Shown in pieces: positions 13,808 to 26,214 of a DNA stretch of 64,000 nucleotides. The DNA comes from Paraspadella gotoi. Taxonomy: Eukaryota; Animalia; Chaetognatha. The position numbers were made by a program, and so were the translations under genes. Numbering within the stretch: position 1 is the first letter of the stretch; every line of letters starts with the position of its first letter. Location: positions 21,499,665 through 21,563,664 of the forward strand of contig CM119269.1 in assembly GCA_051294375.1 (NCBI GenBank), written 5' to 3'. Under the pieces are notes generated by a model. It saw only the letters and a program-made list of their open reading frames with translations, was not told where the DNA came from and ran no database searches.

Positions 13808-13944
13808 CTCTCTCACCACTTGTACGAATAACGAAGACCTCATCGATAAAAATTTGATTCGCAATGACATCGTGGAGAACGTAAGCCTCTCTCGCTCGCT
13901 CTCTGTTGAAAAGAAAAGAAGAAAAGGAGGTTTCCTCTTCTATT

Positions 13945-14150
13945 TTTTCTTTTTCCAAGATCGCCCCATTTCATCTTTAATTCGGAATTAAATTAATGTT
14001 TAGGTTTAAAAATTAGATAAAATATTAGGCTTAGGGTTATATTATAGTTAAGTATTAGGTTATGGGTTTGTTAATGAATTATATTTAAATATTTATAATT
14101 AATTTTAGGGATTAAGGAACATAAATGGGGCGCTTTTGGAGAAGAGAGCC
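13945..14150 (+). mobile_element. TIR element with internal degenerate TTAGGG-like repeats, copy 1
   Basis: TTTTCCAAGATCGCCCCATTTC ... AAATGGGGCGCTTTTGGAGAAGAGAGCC flank TTAGGTT / TTAGGG-like hexamers. Confidence 0.65.
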
Positions 14151-14243
14151 GATTTTTCTACTTCTTTCTTTTTCTCACATTTTGCTAAATGGTTTCGATG
14201 AAGTCAGAGGAAATCACCCGTTTTTTTGCTCGAGACGTTCGCT

Positions 14244-14298
<55 letters not shown>

Positions 14299-14387
14299 CG
14301 CAATTGCCGCGAAAAACGAGAGAAAGAAACAATTTACAGAAAAACAAAAGTCGTTTCAGCTGCCTGACAGCAGGGAATCATTTTACT

Positions 14388-14570
14388 TATGAAATTGGTA
14401 CAACCAATATAAAAATTATACATTAAATAAGCTATCTTGCCCCTGACTTTGGACAGGATTTGGTGGGTCTCACTCTAACAAGATAATGACATAGCGGGTC
14501 CCTGCAAGCTTTCAATCAAGACTCTCTCACAGTCTCGTTTTTCACTCCCAGAGTACCTGGCTTCCCTATC
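14388..14570. repeat. interspersed repeat family B (probable retroelement 3' region)
   Basis: TATCTTGCCCCTGACTTTGGACAGG...ACAAGATAATGAC also occurs at 26215-26340 and, inverted, at 32000-32110 and 62350-62533. Confidence 0.8.
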
Positions 14571-15311
14571 AATGAAGTGGTATAATGTTTCAAAGATTGT
14601 TTCAATTTTATTAAAAGACCACTCTGTTAAGTATTATTATATTATTAATTATATACTATATTTTTAATTTTATTTATGGATAAAATAGAATGGATAAAAA
14701 ATGAAAATGATAGACTGATATGCATATAATTTTGTTGTCATCTGACCTATTATCAATTATAACCTTTGAAACCGTCAAAGATATTATACCTAAACATTGA
14801 CCCAAAAATTGTAATGTTGATAAACTAGGATGCGTGTCTGTCTATCTTGTTTGAAAGCTTGAAGGGACGGATGCCTTAACTCACAACAGCCTTGGCAGGA
14901 AGCAAGATCGCTTATTTCTTGAATTATTTTATTTAATTTTATATTTTATATTTTATATATTATTTTTTTACTTTGTCCCATTTACATGATAAAAATATGA
15001 CAAAAATATTTTTAGTTTGTGGTTTTATATCATCTCGTATTGTTCTTAATGTTTAATTGTTATTAATTATATTAATTATAATCCTAAGTTTTTAAATTAA
15101 ATGTTACGACATTCTTACATTTTATCATTGTATATTTTTATATAATATCCATATAAATATTTATTATTATTTTAGTATTAAGCAGCTAAAAAGCCGCGAC
15201 TCGAAAGAAGAAAATGAGAAGGACTTTATTATCGACTCATTTTAACGTCGTCCTTTGAAGAAAGAAAGTGACTTGAATGACTCGTCTCTTTATTCGGCTT
15301 GTCAAGAGGCA

Positions 15312-15376
<65 letters not shown>

Positions 15377-15618
15377 CTTCCTCTTTTATCCTGTCCTCAA
15401 ATCTCACCCTGGCTTAAAAATTAGGTGAGGATGTGATGCGAGTTTGAGAGGGATAAAGGTAAGAACTAAGAAACAGGTTCGTTGCTTTGTTCAGGCATTG
15501 CTTACTTTTTCTATGTAAGAGGTTGGGGCAAGTTTTTTATTTTATACCTTGTGGCATCTAGTTTTTTCTTGACACACAAAAATAAAAATATAATAAAGAA
15601 TCGAGATACAATAAAAAA

Positions 15619-15913
15619 CTTCGAAAAGTCACCCATTTCTGTTCCTTAATTCTTAAATTTAATTTTTATTTTAATAATAATTTTAATAATTTAATAATGA
15701 TAGTAAATTAATTCGTAACCTTTATCTTAAATGTTAATGCTTAACCCGACCCTAGACCTTAACCTCACTCTTAAACCTTAACACTTAACCTTTAACTGAA
15801 AACCCCAAACCTCAACTAATCCATAACCTTTAATCTAGAGTAAATATTTAACTTGAAAAAATAATTTAATTTTAAATTTAGGAAGAAATGGGGCGTTCTG
15901 GAAAAAAAAGGCC
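15619..15913 (-). mobile_element. telomere-like-repeat TIR element, copy 2
   Basis: CCCATTTCTGTTCCTTAATT ... GAAATGGGGCGTTCTGGAAAAAAAAGGCC enclose CCTTAA/CCCTAG-type hexamers. Confidence 0.6.
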
Positions 15914-16825
15914 AACAGTCGGAACCAGATTCCTTTTTTTTCTTTTCGCGTCAAAAACTTGCGCCTCGTTTCTTTAGTATAAATTGTGAAGTCGAAAGAC
16001 GTGTGATAGACGGGAGGTATCGTGAGAAATGTCGAAGAGGGAAATTGAGTGAGTGGTTGGTGTGGGTAGAAGGTAGTGAATTTACAGGGTGATTCTTAAA
16101 ATAGTGGGAATTGTTAAAAGGTGATAAGGTCAACGTGTCACAGATGATTTTGTTTATTTATATAAAGTTAATCAAACAGAAGCATACAAAATTACAAATA
16201 AATGCATTTCGAACCGTTACCATAGTAAACAATACAGAAGAAATAAATAGAAAGTTTAAGTTTAAGTTTTAGCATAAAGAACTTCATTGTAGTTTGAACC
16301 AATTTATCATGGAACTAAGTGTTAGTTACTTGCAAGGAAGATGGTTTGCTGGTATAGTGTATTTAAATAATCAAGTACTTTTGAGAAAAGAGAAATTGAT
16401 ATTAGATCAAGTCGATCATATCGAAAAAGCAACTTCGTACAATTGACGGAATTGAGTGGCACTTTCCGGCCATAAGTGGCACCGCAGTTTTTCGACGCCT
16501 GAAAGAAACAAAACAAAAACCCAAAGTGGGGAAAAAGAAAAAGAAGAATTGTGATTCGAGTGTGTGAAGCGCCGCAGTGACTTTCTTTCACGTGTATTTC
16601 CGCGTGATCACGTGACTGCACAGATTCAAAGATCAGCAAAAATAACAAAAGATCGAGCGAGTTTAGACCGCACTTAATTTGGGTCATGTGATCGTTTTTA
16701 AGGTGACTTTAGGTGACTTCACTAGTATGATTTATATGCACAGTAAAGGGCTTATAGTGTCTGACTAGACTGACTTTCATGCAAAATAAAAACTAAATTG
16801 ATAAAGTATTACACGAGTTGATGAA

Positions 16826-16898
16826 CAGACAAACCGACAGACCGACCAAAAAGTGACTTATTGAGTTGCACTGCGAGTACACGCGACAGCAACTAAAA
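16826..16898 (+). mobile_element. HINE-like 3' end
   Basis: (GACA/GACC)n, then AAAAAGTGACTTATTGAGTTGC...GCAACTAAAA with a terminal hairpin. Confidence 0.5.
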
Positions 16899-19800
16899 CA
16901 TCGAAGCATAAAAATTGAAAGAATGGAAAAGAGAGAAGAAAATGGTTCCATTGTTGTAAATCACTTACCACCCGAAATTGTACAATTTTTTTCCTTTTTT
17001 TTCGGTTACTTACTAACTTTTTTTCTCTCCGAGGATTTGTCTCTTACTTTCTCTACTACAAGTAGGGAAGTCTGGCATTAAGCGTCCGAGATAAAAATTA
17101 GTGAATAAAAAAATTGTTATTTTACCCACTGAATAAAAATACTTAAAATACTTACAAAATACATAAAATAGATAAAATTATTATTGCGATAACATTGTTC
17201 AATCACATGCAATATATATAGTGCCTTTTTTTCATTGAAATCGATAGATATTAACTAAAACTATTAGAATTAATTTTTCTTTTTGATATAATAAGAGAAC
17301 CAAACTTCCGTCGCTTGATGTCGTCAGGTTACTAGTAAATATGCGTTTGAGGATTCCAAATCTGTTTTTAAAATTGACCTACGTAGACGCGCATAGACGC
17401 GATATGCCTTGAAAGCAGGTGGTTTTGTTTGGTTTCACTTAAATTTTTAGCTTCGGCCGGGTCACTTAATTGGTAATAAAAAAATGATTTTCTTTGATAT
17501 CTTTTGAACCAAAAATGATAGAACGATGAGACTGGTACCATATTAAACCCATAATTATGGGGCATCTTTTTTTTTTAAATCTTGATCGGAATCTTATTCA
17601 AAAGTATAACAACTTTTGAAATTAAATTAAACTCCCTTGGCCACATTTAAAAAAATAAATAAATATAGATTCTGAAAGAGAAAAGATTGAATTATGTTTC
17701 TGATATAAACAAAAATTTTCTATACCTCAAATGTTTATATAATTACTATGATTATCATTTTGTTGAAAACAAAAATATTTAAAATTTAAAAAACATATGA
17801 TTTAAATATGATAATTTAGGATTTGTTCCCCCTGATTTAAAAACTACTGACCTAGGGCTAAAAGTCTGTATTATCAGATTTTTAAATTTTAAGATTTAGC
17901 TGTGTCTACGAGGCCTGGCAGAAAAAAATTATCACAATTTTTTTATGTCATAATGCTATCATAAAATAATTTTAATGCATCATGTGAGGTATCATATGAA
18001 AGCTAACAATGTCTGCTACATGACAGCACATGAAAAAAAATGTTCTTAATAAAAATAAAAAATCACCCTACTATCGCTTTACTAATCGCTTTACTTTCTA
18101 TAGAAATTTGCTTTTCTGTCTGCACAGATCTTCACTACATTGCTTTAATAATCCAGATGGCTGTACAAACAAAGAAGCATTTTTTAAAAACAAAATAGCA
18201 ATAAAATTTAGTTTAAGTTCACAAGAGGTTTTAATATTTTTTTCTAAAACAAAAGAACGGTCCCATTAAAATTTTTTGTTTGTTTTCACCATATTCTATT
18301 AAAGGGCTTTACAAAGAAGAAAGCTTTTTGTAAGATAAAGAAAAATTTAAAATAAATTTTAGCTTCACCCACTAGATCTTCACTTGCACCTGCTCTTCAA
18401 CAAAATAACAATTATTTTTATAAATTTTTATTATCTTAAATCTTTTAACAATTAATTTTTTGATATTTTTTAACAAGTATTTTTTCTTATTCTATTTTAT
18501 TTTATTCTATTTTAATTGTATGTTTTGATAAAAGCATTTTAATCAAATATCATACTTCAAAAAAATAATATTGTTTCTGTGCTACAGTAACAGTTCAGTT
18601 TAAGCCCTTGAAAGTGATTTACATGTATTGGCGCAGCCACTGGTTTCCATTGGGTTTTCTTCAACGACGATTCCAGTCGATTCCAGGAGCCATCTACATA
18701 CCGGCGCTGCAATGCCGACCCACCACCGCTATTGCAATGCCGTCACCTCTCTCTCTCCTCTCTCAGTCTTACCCGAAGGAAAATAAAGGTTTTTTTCGTG
18801 GAATTAAGCACGAAAGAGCGATTTTGCCAAAAAGGCGCGCGCGAAATCTTTGGATGTAGAGGAGAAAGGGATTCACAAATGGTGGGCGAGGGAGAGGGGG
18901 TTCTGATTGGGTGAGGCTCGGCGCTGTGGCGTCTCTTGAGCTTCTGACGCAGCGGCGTGAAGTTGCAGTTTTGTCGATTTTTTTTTTTTTTTTGATGGAC
19001 GGAAAGTTGTGAAAATAACTTTTGAAACTTCTGGGAACTGAAAAGTATATCAAGCTTCCGATTAGTCGTCTTGAATAAAAAAGATCATTCATTCGTCAGG
19101 ACATAAAACTGTAACTCTGTTGTGATCCGTCGTTCTTATTCGCCTTTTGTAAAACTGTTTAAAAATATAAACAATCAATATTTGTCTATAAACAATACAG
19201 TTCATTGTTGGTTCATTGCTCTGATTGATCATGATTCTATTTTATACAGATCGCATTAATGTTAGTTGGCCATCGTCGGGGTTATTATATATATAGTTAT
19301 TGATTTATGCGTTTCATGTTACTCGAATAGTGGCTAGGCCGAGCTTACCTGAGAGATCATTGTTGTTTCTATCTTTAACCGATGCTTGCCTTTTGCTTAC
19401 CTCCAGTTCTTGATCTCTAATGACTCATGAAATCCTACGTTTTAGATACTCTCAGAAGGGTGAGCAACTGACGGAAAGCCCCGCTCATCAACACTTCCGC
19501 AAAGCGAATTGCTCTGTCGAATCCTCGCCACCTTAAAGACCGGAAATATAAGTATGAAGGCTTTAATCGTCGGATTCAATTAAATTTAAAAAAAGAAAGA
19601 CTAGCTTTAAATGCGCGCGATAATTATGATCATAATATGCTTAAAGTATGTTGAAAAAAATATAGATATTTTTGGTATAATACATCCCTGAGAAAAATAA
19701 AGTTTAAAAAGTTATTATAATTACTATAGATTATATTTGTAATACATCCCTGAAGAAAAATCAAAGTTTAAACGTTAGTTATATCCCAAACTGTGCGTAA

Positions 19801-20135
19801 CAAATATAAATTCGATCAGAAAGTGTATTTGAATTGGTAAACCATATAAAATTATTCATTTGATTAGGGCCAATCTTCGTCAATGGGGTGGGTCAGAAGT
19901 TTGATTTGGGAACCTTCCCAAATGAATTATACATTTCTGAAAAAACTTTCAATGAACCAAAATTTTCTAATAATTTCCTAGAAGCACTAGTAATTATTTT
20001 TGAATATTTATTTATAGATAGGAATGTTAAAAATGTTTTAATTTTTATTTTTTTTAAAAGCGATTCAAGATAGCTTATGAAAGTTGTCTGTACAAAGTAT
20101 AATTAATTTCTTTTTTGAATATTTTGATGATACGG

Positions 20136-20846
20136 GTGACCATTTGAAACCCGCCGCAATAAAAAATTCACCATATCGAAAATGTGAAGAGATTTTAACA
20201 ACTTTTGAAAAGAGATCTTAAATACAAAACAAACTCATTTTTTATGTATGAATATTCTTTTTTTTTGGGGTTTTCTTCTAATTTAACAGGAAGAGGTAAA
20301 TGAATCACATGCTTGATAACCTAATTTTTTGGATAAAAATTTTCTATCTCTGAATTTATAAAAAGTCTTTAAAAAAATAATAATAATTTATATTACCTGA
20401 AAGCCAATTGAAAACTATATACTATGATATATTTTACGAATTCTTTAGTATATAAAAGTATCTTTTTAAGCCCAGTCAAAGTAATAAGGTTTAAAATTAT
20501 GACTACCTTAGTTTTAAAAATAGTTTATTACAAAGTAAATTACTTTTAAGAAATAATAATCAATATTCCTACAACAATTTTTAACGGGCTTTCTGGTGAT
20601 ACTCATATTACCACTAATTAGTGAGTTTTTGATTGTTTAACAGAGCCATCAATTCCAGCTGACGAATTTCCATTTATTTCTAATTGAAAAGCTCAAATTT
20701 GATTCTCAAAACATAATCAATTATCAAGAAATTTATACATAAAAAATGAGTATGTCTTGTCTTTATGAATCTTTTTTAAAAATGTTAAAATCTTTACGCA
20801 TTTTCCTATGGTAAGTTTTTTATAGCGGCGGGTTTCAAATGGTCAC
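20136..20846. mobile_element. MITE / non-autonomous DNA transposon, ~710 bp
   Basis: Perfect 22-bp TIR GTGACCATTTGAAACCCGCCGC / GCGGCGGGTTTCAAATGGTCAC, with imperfect inverted similarity extending about 120 bp inward. Confidence 0.8.
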
Positions 20847-21417
20847 ATAGTAAGTGGATCAAAATTGGGAAAAACCTTTAAAAAATCATCATCATCATCA
20901 GTTTTTGTTTTTGTAAATTTTTAGTAATAAAACATCAAAATTTTAAAAAGTTGTTATTACATTTTTTATTTAACTTTTTGAGCTCTATTAAAAAGCTCCT
21001 AAAACAATTTGACATTATATAGCAATATAATAATTTTAATTAGATGGTTCGGAACATTTTTGCAAAAAATTATTTTAAAAGAATAACTAATTTCACTAAT
21101 GGATTTGATTCATGCAGTTCAAATCAAAATTTGAATTTGGTCGGCTACAATTAATTTAATCAATGTATTTTTAATAAGATATCTTTTCCCCAAATTTAGG
21201 CGGGCTATGTTAGCACAAAGATTAAGATAATTACATATCATATTGTCTTGTCACATAAAAAAGTCTTCAAAAAGAGTCGCTAGCGCGAGAAGCATCAACC
21301 GACAGCAACGAACCCGAGAGAATTTATGGAAAAAGCATAAATTGCTCCGAGTTTGATAAATCGTTTATTAAGTCGTTTCCCTCCTATTAATGAAAAATGA
21401 AAATGAAGGTTGAGGAA

Positions 21418-21695
21418 AAACGGCACAGTGGGTTTTTTGTTCTCCTTTAAAAAAAAATGATGGTTGGAATATGGCACAATGAGTTTTTTCTTGTTAAATT
21501 AAAGGGCACAGTGGGTTTTTTGTTCTCATTTATCCAGAATGAAGGAAACGGTACAGTGGGTTTTAACGCATTTAAATAAAGGATAAAGTGGGTTTTTGTT
21601 CTCGTTTAAATAAAAAAAATTATAGTAACGGCACAGTGGATTTGGTTGCGTTTAAAAAAATGAGAGAAATGGCACAGTGGGTTTTTATTCTCATT
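21418..21695. repeat. degenerate minisatellite, GGCACAGTGGGTTTT(T)GTTCTC motif
   Basis: The motif recurs about 6 times at roughly 40-80 bp spacing. Confidence 0.75.
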
Positions 21696-21859
21696 GAAGG
21701 CCGACGATCACAAAGGATCGTCAAGTGGAAACTTGTTGGTCTCATGCATATTTTTTGTTGTTGGTTGTTTGCGTTTTGTATATCGTACTAAATCATCGTA
21801 TTACATTTTCTCAAGAAATATGAATTTCTAGTTTAATTTGTCGAATTTATAGCTTAATA

Positions 21860-21915
<56 letters not shown>

Positions 21916-22004
21916 AGAATTTCATCCGAAATGGAGAGGAAAAATCGATTTTTTTTTCTCCAAAAATGGAAAATTCATAGAAGCTGTTTTAAGGTTCGCA
22001 CGTT

Positions 22005-22076
<72 letters not shown>

Positions 22077-22733
22077 GATTTGATTGTCAGATTTTTGAAG
22101 TGAGAAAATAGGAGAAGATCGAATTTGCGTTTGTGAGAGTGAGAGTGTGTGTGAGTTGATGTCTGCGTGTGAGTTAAATTGGAGAAAACCATAAAAAGAT
22201 GATGGATTATTCTATTGAAGATTTTGTCGTCATAAAACGGTTTGATTGTGGTTGGTTTTTGATTTGAGAAGGCAAAAAAAAAAGATTTTTCGCCTTGAAG
22301 CGATTTTATTGACGTTTTAGGATGATTATGCAGCAGTAAATGTAATGGTTATGGTTGTGATTGCAGTAGTAGGACTGTTTGTGATAGTATTGGCGATAGC
22401 GGTGAAGGGGGTTCATCAAGATAACGGTGAAGGTGGTTCATCAAGAAATTTGTTCTTTGAGATTTTTAAACCCCACGAGTTTTTTCACCTCAATTTTAGT
22501 TTCGGGACAAAAAACTGGTTACGACTTCCGAAGAGACCGTTGACTCTACCAACCAGTGCCTCTTTTTTAATTTATTGAAATTCCTGCGGGTATGAGATAT
22601 TTCATTATTTCACAAAACAAGTATTCAACTGATTTATAATTAAAAAAGGTTTAAAAATAGTGTTAAATTGTTTATTCTTGTTTATTTTAAAAAACCGGCT
22701 GACAAAAAGAATCCGTCCCAACAATGAATGTCT

Positions 22734-22775
<42 letters not shown>

Positions 22776-23350
22776 CTTCATCGAAATTCTCAGCGTCTGT
22801 CTCGAGAGTGAGAGAGTGAGAGAGAGGCAGAGAGAGAGGGGACCCGAGAAATATCAAAAAGCCTGACCTCATTCTATAAATAACCCTCTTGTCAAAATGT
22901 CTCATCTGTGAAATATTTTTCGGCGCAAGATTCGAACGAGTTTGAATTCGATTGTAGGTGGCGCTGGTAGCAGTTGTGGAATGGAAGAAAAGGGGGGAAG
23001 CAAGAAGAAGCTTTCTTTGGCAATATTTTTCGAAAGCGTCTGATTTCAGCTTAAATTAAAAATAAAAAAAGTTTTTATATTGAAATATTAGGTAATGGGT
23101 TAGGGATATGAATTAGGTCAGGGTTTAATGCTAGATGTTAAGGTTTTCATTTAGGATTAGGGTATAAATGGAGTTAATGATTAAGATTTAGAGTTTTTAT
23201 TTAGGATTAAAGGATTTAGATTTATGGAAAGGGTTCGGGTTAAAGATTTTTTAAAAAATTTTGAAAAAAAACTAGTGGTAATAACCTTTCTTTTTCGTTG
23301 TTATATGTATTTGGGCAAAATGATTTTTGTTTCACAACGAATTTTATTTT

Positions 23351-23407
23351 ATCATATAAACGTACATGTTTCGGCTTTGGATGCAAGCCTTCTTCAGCGT
23401 CAATGAT
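23351..23407 (-). ncRNA. minimal type I hammerhead ribozyme (helix I intact)
   Basis: ATCATTGACG-CTGAAGA-A-GGCTT/AAGCC helix II-GAAAC-AT-GTA-CGTTTATATGAT. GACG pairs with CGTT and ATCAT pairs with ATGAT. Confidence 0.75.
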
Positions 23408-23413
23408 TTGTCA

Positions 23414-23470
23414 ATCATTGACACTGAAGAAGGCTTGCATCCAAAGCCGAAACATGTACGTTTATATGAT
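23414..23470 (+). ncRNA. minimal type I hammerhead ribozyme (helix I closing pair mismatched)
   Basis: CTGAAGA at 23424-23430 and GAAACATGTA at 23449-23458. A23423 faces C23459, which breaks the first helix I pair. Confidence 0.65.
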
Positions 23471-23789
23471 AAAATAAAATTCGTTGTGAAACAAAAATCA
23501 TTTTGCCGAAAAAAAACTATTAAAGTAAAATGTTAGGTTTAAAATTAAGTTAAAAGTTTAAAAAATATTTTTAAAATAACAAACATAACAAAACAGGGAT
23601 AAGATATAGAACTTGAGCGCATTTGGAGTGCCGTTGAGGAAACGAGAGGAAGTTAATTTTTGTTCTCAAGTTTAAAGTTTTTGCGGATTTGATTTCGGAA
23701 ATGAAAGGATTTCTCAGAATTAATCCTGCGTCACAAATAACCAAAGAGGCAGTTGAAGTGCCGGATTATTAAAAACTCAGCAGATCAGC

Positions 23790-24799
23790 AGATCCCGACT
23801 CTATAATTCACTTTGTCGGTCCGTCGGTCCGCCCCCTCAATATTGTCGGGCAATCACTTACATCATGTCAGAACATCGAATTATGATAAATTATGCAAAA
23901 AAATGATGTCCGTCCATCCGTCTGTCCATCCGTCCATCCGTCCGTCCGTACGTCTGTCCGTCCCACCTTAGCAAAAAGCTCCAATAACTTGTGATTGGGT
24001 GGTTGGATTGTAATGAAATTTTGTGGATACAAAGTTTCAATGGAATCGTGCGAGTAGAAATGAGTTTAAATGGTAAAAACATATGTCGCATTTACTAAAA
24101 GATTTTTACTGATTTTAACCAATAATTACTCTAATTAATTATAATTGGATGGATGGATTGAGTCGAAATTTTGTGTGTGGGTAAAAAATTGTCTGACAAA
24201 GCTTGATATAAAGTTTCGGTGGAAATGAGTTTAAATGAAAAAAATATGAGTCACATTTACTTAAATATTTTCACTTATTTTAACCCATAATTACTCGAAT
24301 TAATTGTAATTGAATTAATAGATTGAAATAAAATTTTGTGTGCGGCTAGGAAAGTGTGTGAAGAAGCTAGATATAAAGTTTTGACGGAATCGTGCCAGTG
24401 GAAATAAGTTTAAATGGAAAAAACATAAGTCACATTTACTTGAATCTTTATTATTTATGATTACTAATGAATGTTTTAATTAATTAATTAATTAATTAAT
24501 GTGAAAATATGATGCAGTTTAAAAAAATTATGCAAGTTTAAAAAATTATGCAAGTTGAAAAAATGATGCAAGTTAAAAAAAATATTGCAAGTTAAAAAAA
24601 AGATGCAAGTTGAAAAAATGACGCAAATTGTAAAAATGATGCAAATTGAAAAAATGATGTGAGTTGAAAAGAATGATGTGACTGAAAAAAATGATGCGAG
24701 TTAAAAAAAAATGTTTTAAATATTGTGATTTATCATCTGATTAGCTGATTACCGCTTAATTATCGTAGGCAGATCCGACATTGTTTGCTCAAACTTGTT
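23790..24799 (-). mobile_element. Helentron-associated non-autonomous element (HINE/DINE/pearl-like) with internal tandem arrays
   Basis: The minus strand starts AACAAGTTTGAGCAAACAATGTCGG. It then has a ~19-bp array (24510-24710), about three ~180-190-bp core units (23990-24450), a (GACG/GATG)n tract and subterminal CCCGACAAT. A homologue spans 36140-40546. Confidence 0.7.
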
Positions 24800-25545
24800 A
24801 AATTCAGAGTCATATGATTATGAATTGAGTTTTAAGCTTTTTTTTGAATGATTAATGTTACTATATATATGTTATATACTTAGTTTTTTCTCACTATTCA
24901 ATTAAAAGACATATAAAACAAGTAAAACTTTGTTTTCTCTGAAGACAAATCAAATCATTGTTTATAAGACTTCGTCTTTATTTTCAAAGACAAACTAAAA
25001 AACCGTTTATTATATTAGAATACAGAGGGAGACATGAATCTGAGGGGAGGGAGGATCATGTTTTAAATATACATTTAAAAAAAAACAACGCTAATTTAAG
25101 GTGACAGCCACGTTGTTTTATTGTGTGACAACCATGTGACCGAATCAGAATACCGACTGTTCATAAAAACAAAACAAAATTTGATGCTTTGAAGCTCAAA
25201 ATAACTTTTTGCTGTGTCGCGTTTCTGCGGTCGTCGGAAGCAACTTTTTAATTTTCTTTTTTCATTGAACAAAACAGACATCTTCTTTATATCAATTTTT
25301 AAATGGATTTCCCGCTCGAAGCATGACTATTGTTCGTAAAAAAATGGGTTCATCAAGTCCTTGGATTATCAGCACTAAAGATTTTTGTTATTGAGTCCCA
25401 TTCGATGTCAGATCTAAAATAAGGTTTTTTTTTACAATTTTAAGTTCCCTTTTTATGTCAGCCCTAAAAGAAGCTCCGTTATCGAGCCCTCTTTCAATGT
25501 CAGCCCTAAAAATGAGAATGAAAAGTCGACCTCGCTGCGTTTATT

Positions 25546-25614
25546 GGCATCTGCGTTTCCGTCGAAGGCCTGGCGTCCTAAGCAAGGCCACCGGTTCGAA
25601 TCCTCGCGATGCCA
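25546..25614 (+). pseudogene. degenerate tRNA-Arg(CCT)-like sequence / tRNA-derived short element
   Basis: Acceptor-like GGCATC...GATGCC-A, anticodon arm CCTGGC-GTCCTAA-GCAAGG and T-loop GGTTCGAATCC. The D-arm/A-box and T-stem are degenerate. Confidence 0.5.
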
Positions 25615-26214
25615 AAAACTGTCAAACCCTAATCTTTTTTTTTTTTTCATTGACTTGAAACCTTTGTCGCTGTTCCGTATATGTTAAAAGATACAAACGA
25701 TAAAAGTTTTTTCGAACCGAACTTGGGCTCAGTCTTTTTATTTTTAAGAAGTGCCGCAATAACAAGTTGGTTTTTTTTTTTTTTTTTTCCTTTTCTTTTT
25801 TTCCCAAAGACTTTATATTTATCTTTGTGTGATGATCCTTTCATTTCGAGCTGTTTTGATATTTAGTGAAAAGTTTTGGAAATTTGTTTTCAATAACTTC
25901 ACTGACTTGGAAAAAAATAAAAAATCGTTGTTGACAGAATGGCACGAGTTGATCCCAGATGGTATACTAAGTAACAAATTTAAACTTTTTAAAGGTCTTT
26001 AATCTAAAGTGATCATCTTTTAAAAACTAATAAATCACATCACCTAACTTATCAAATCCTAGAACTAGAGGGATGCGGGTTGTGCCGTCTCATTAGACAC
26101 TCATAACGGAAGGGGCCCTGTTCTTCCCCCTACTCTACATACCGCGTAATCCTTTTAACTAAACAAAATTAATCTAATTCAGGTAAATGAGGCGTTCTGA
26201 GAAATAAGGCCACA

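Larger units (their letters stand above)
23275..23507. mobile_element. Penelope-like element remnant: inverted pLTR pair plus 39-bp extension, with 12-bp TSD
   Basis: GAAAAAAAACTA at 23263-23274 and 23508-23519. The 95-bp arms (23314-23408 and 23413-23507) have one mismatch, and each carries a hammerhead core followed by AATAAA. Confidence 0.8.
23022..23630 (+). mobile_element. telomere-like-repeat TIR element, copy 3 (degenerate; interrupted by the Penelope-like insertion)
   Basis: TTTTTCGAAAGCGTCTGATTTC ... AGAACTTGAGCGCATTTGGAG flank GGGTTAGGG and TTAGGATTAGGG hexamers. Confidence 0.5.

Noticed and set aside
21418-21695. Repeat-spacer-like array
   Set aside because: The motif is degenerate, spacing is irregular and spacers are AT-rich and mutually similar, so it is a minisatellite.
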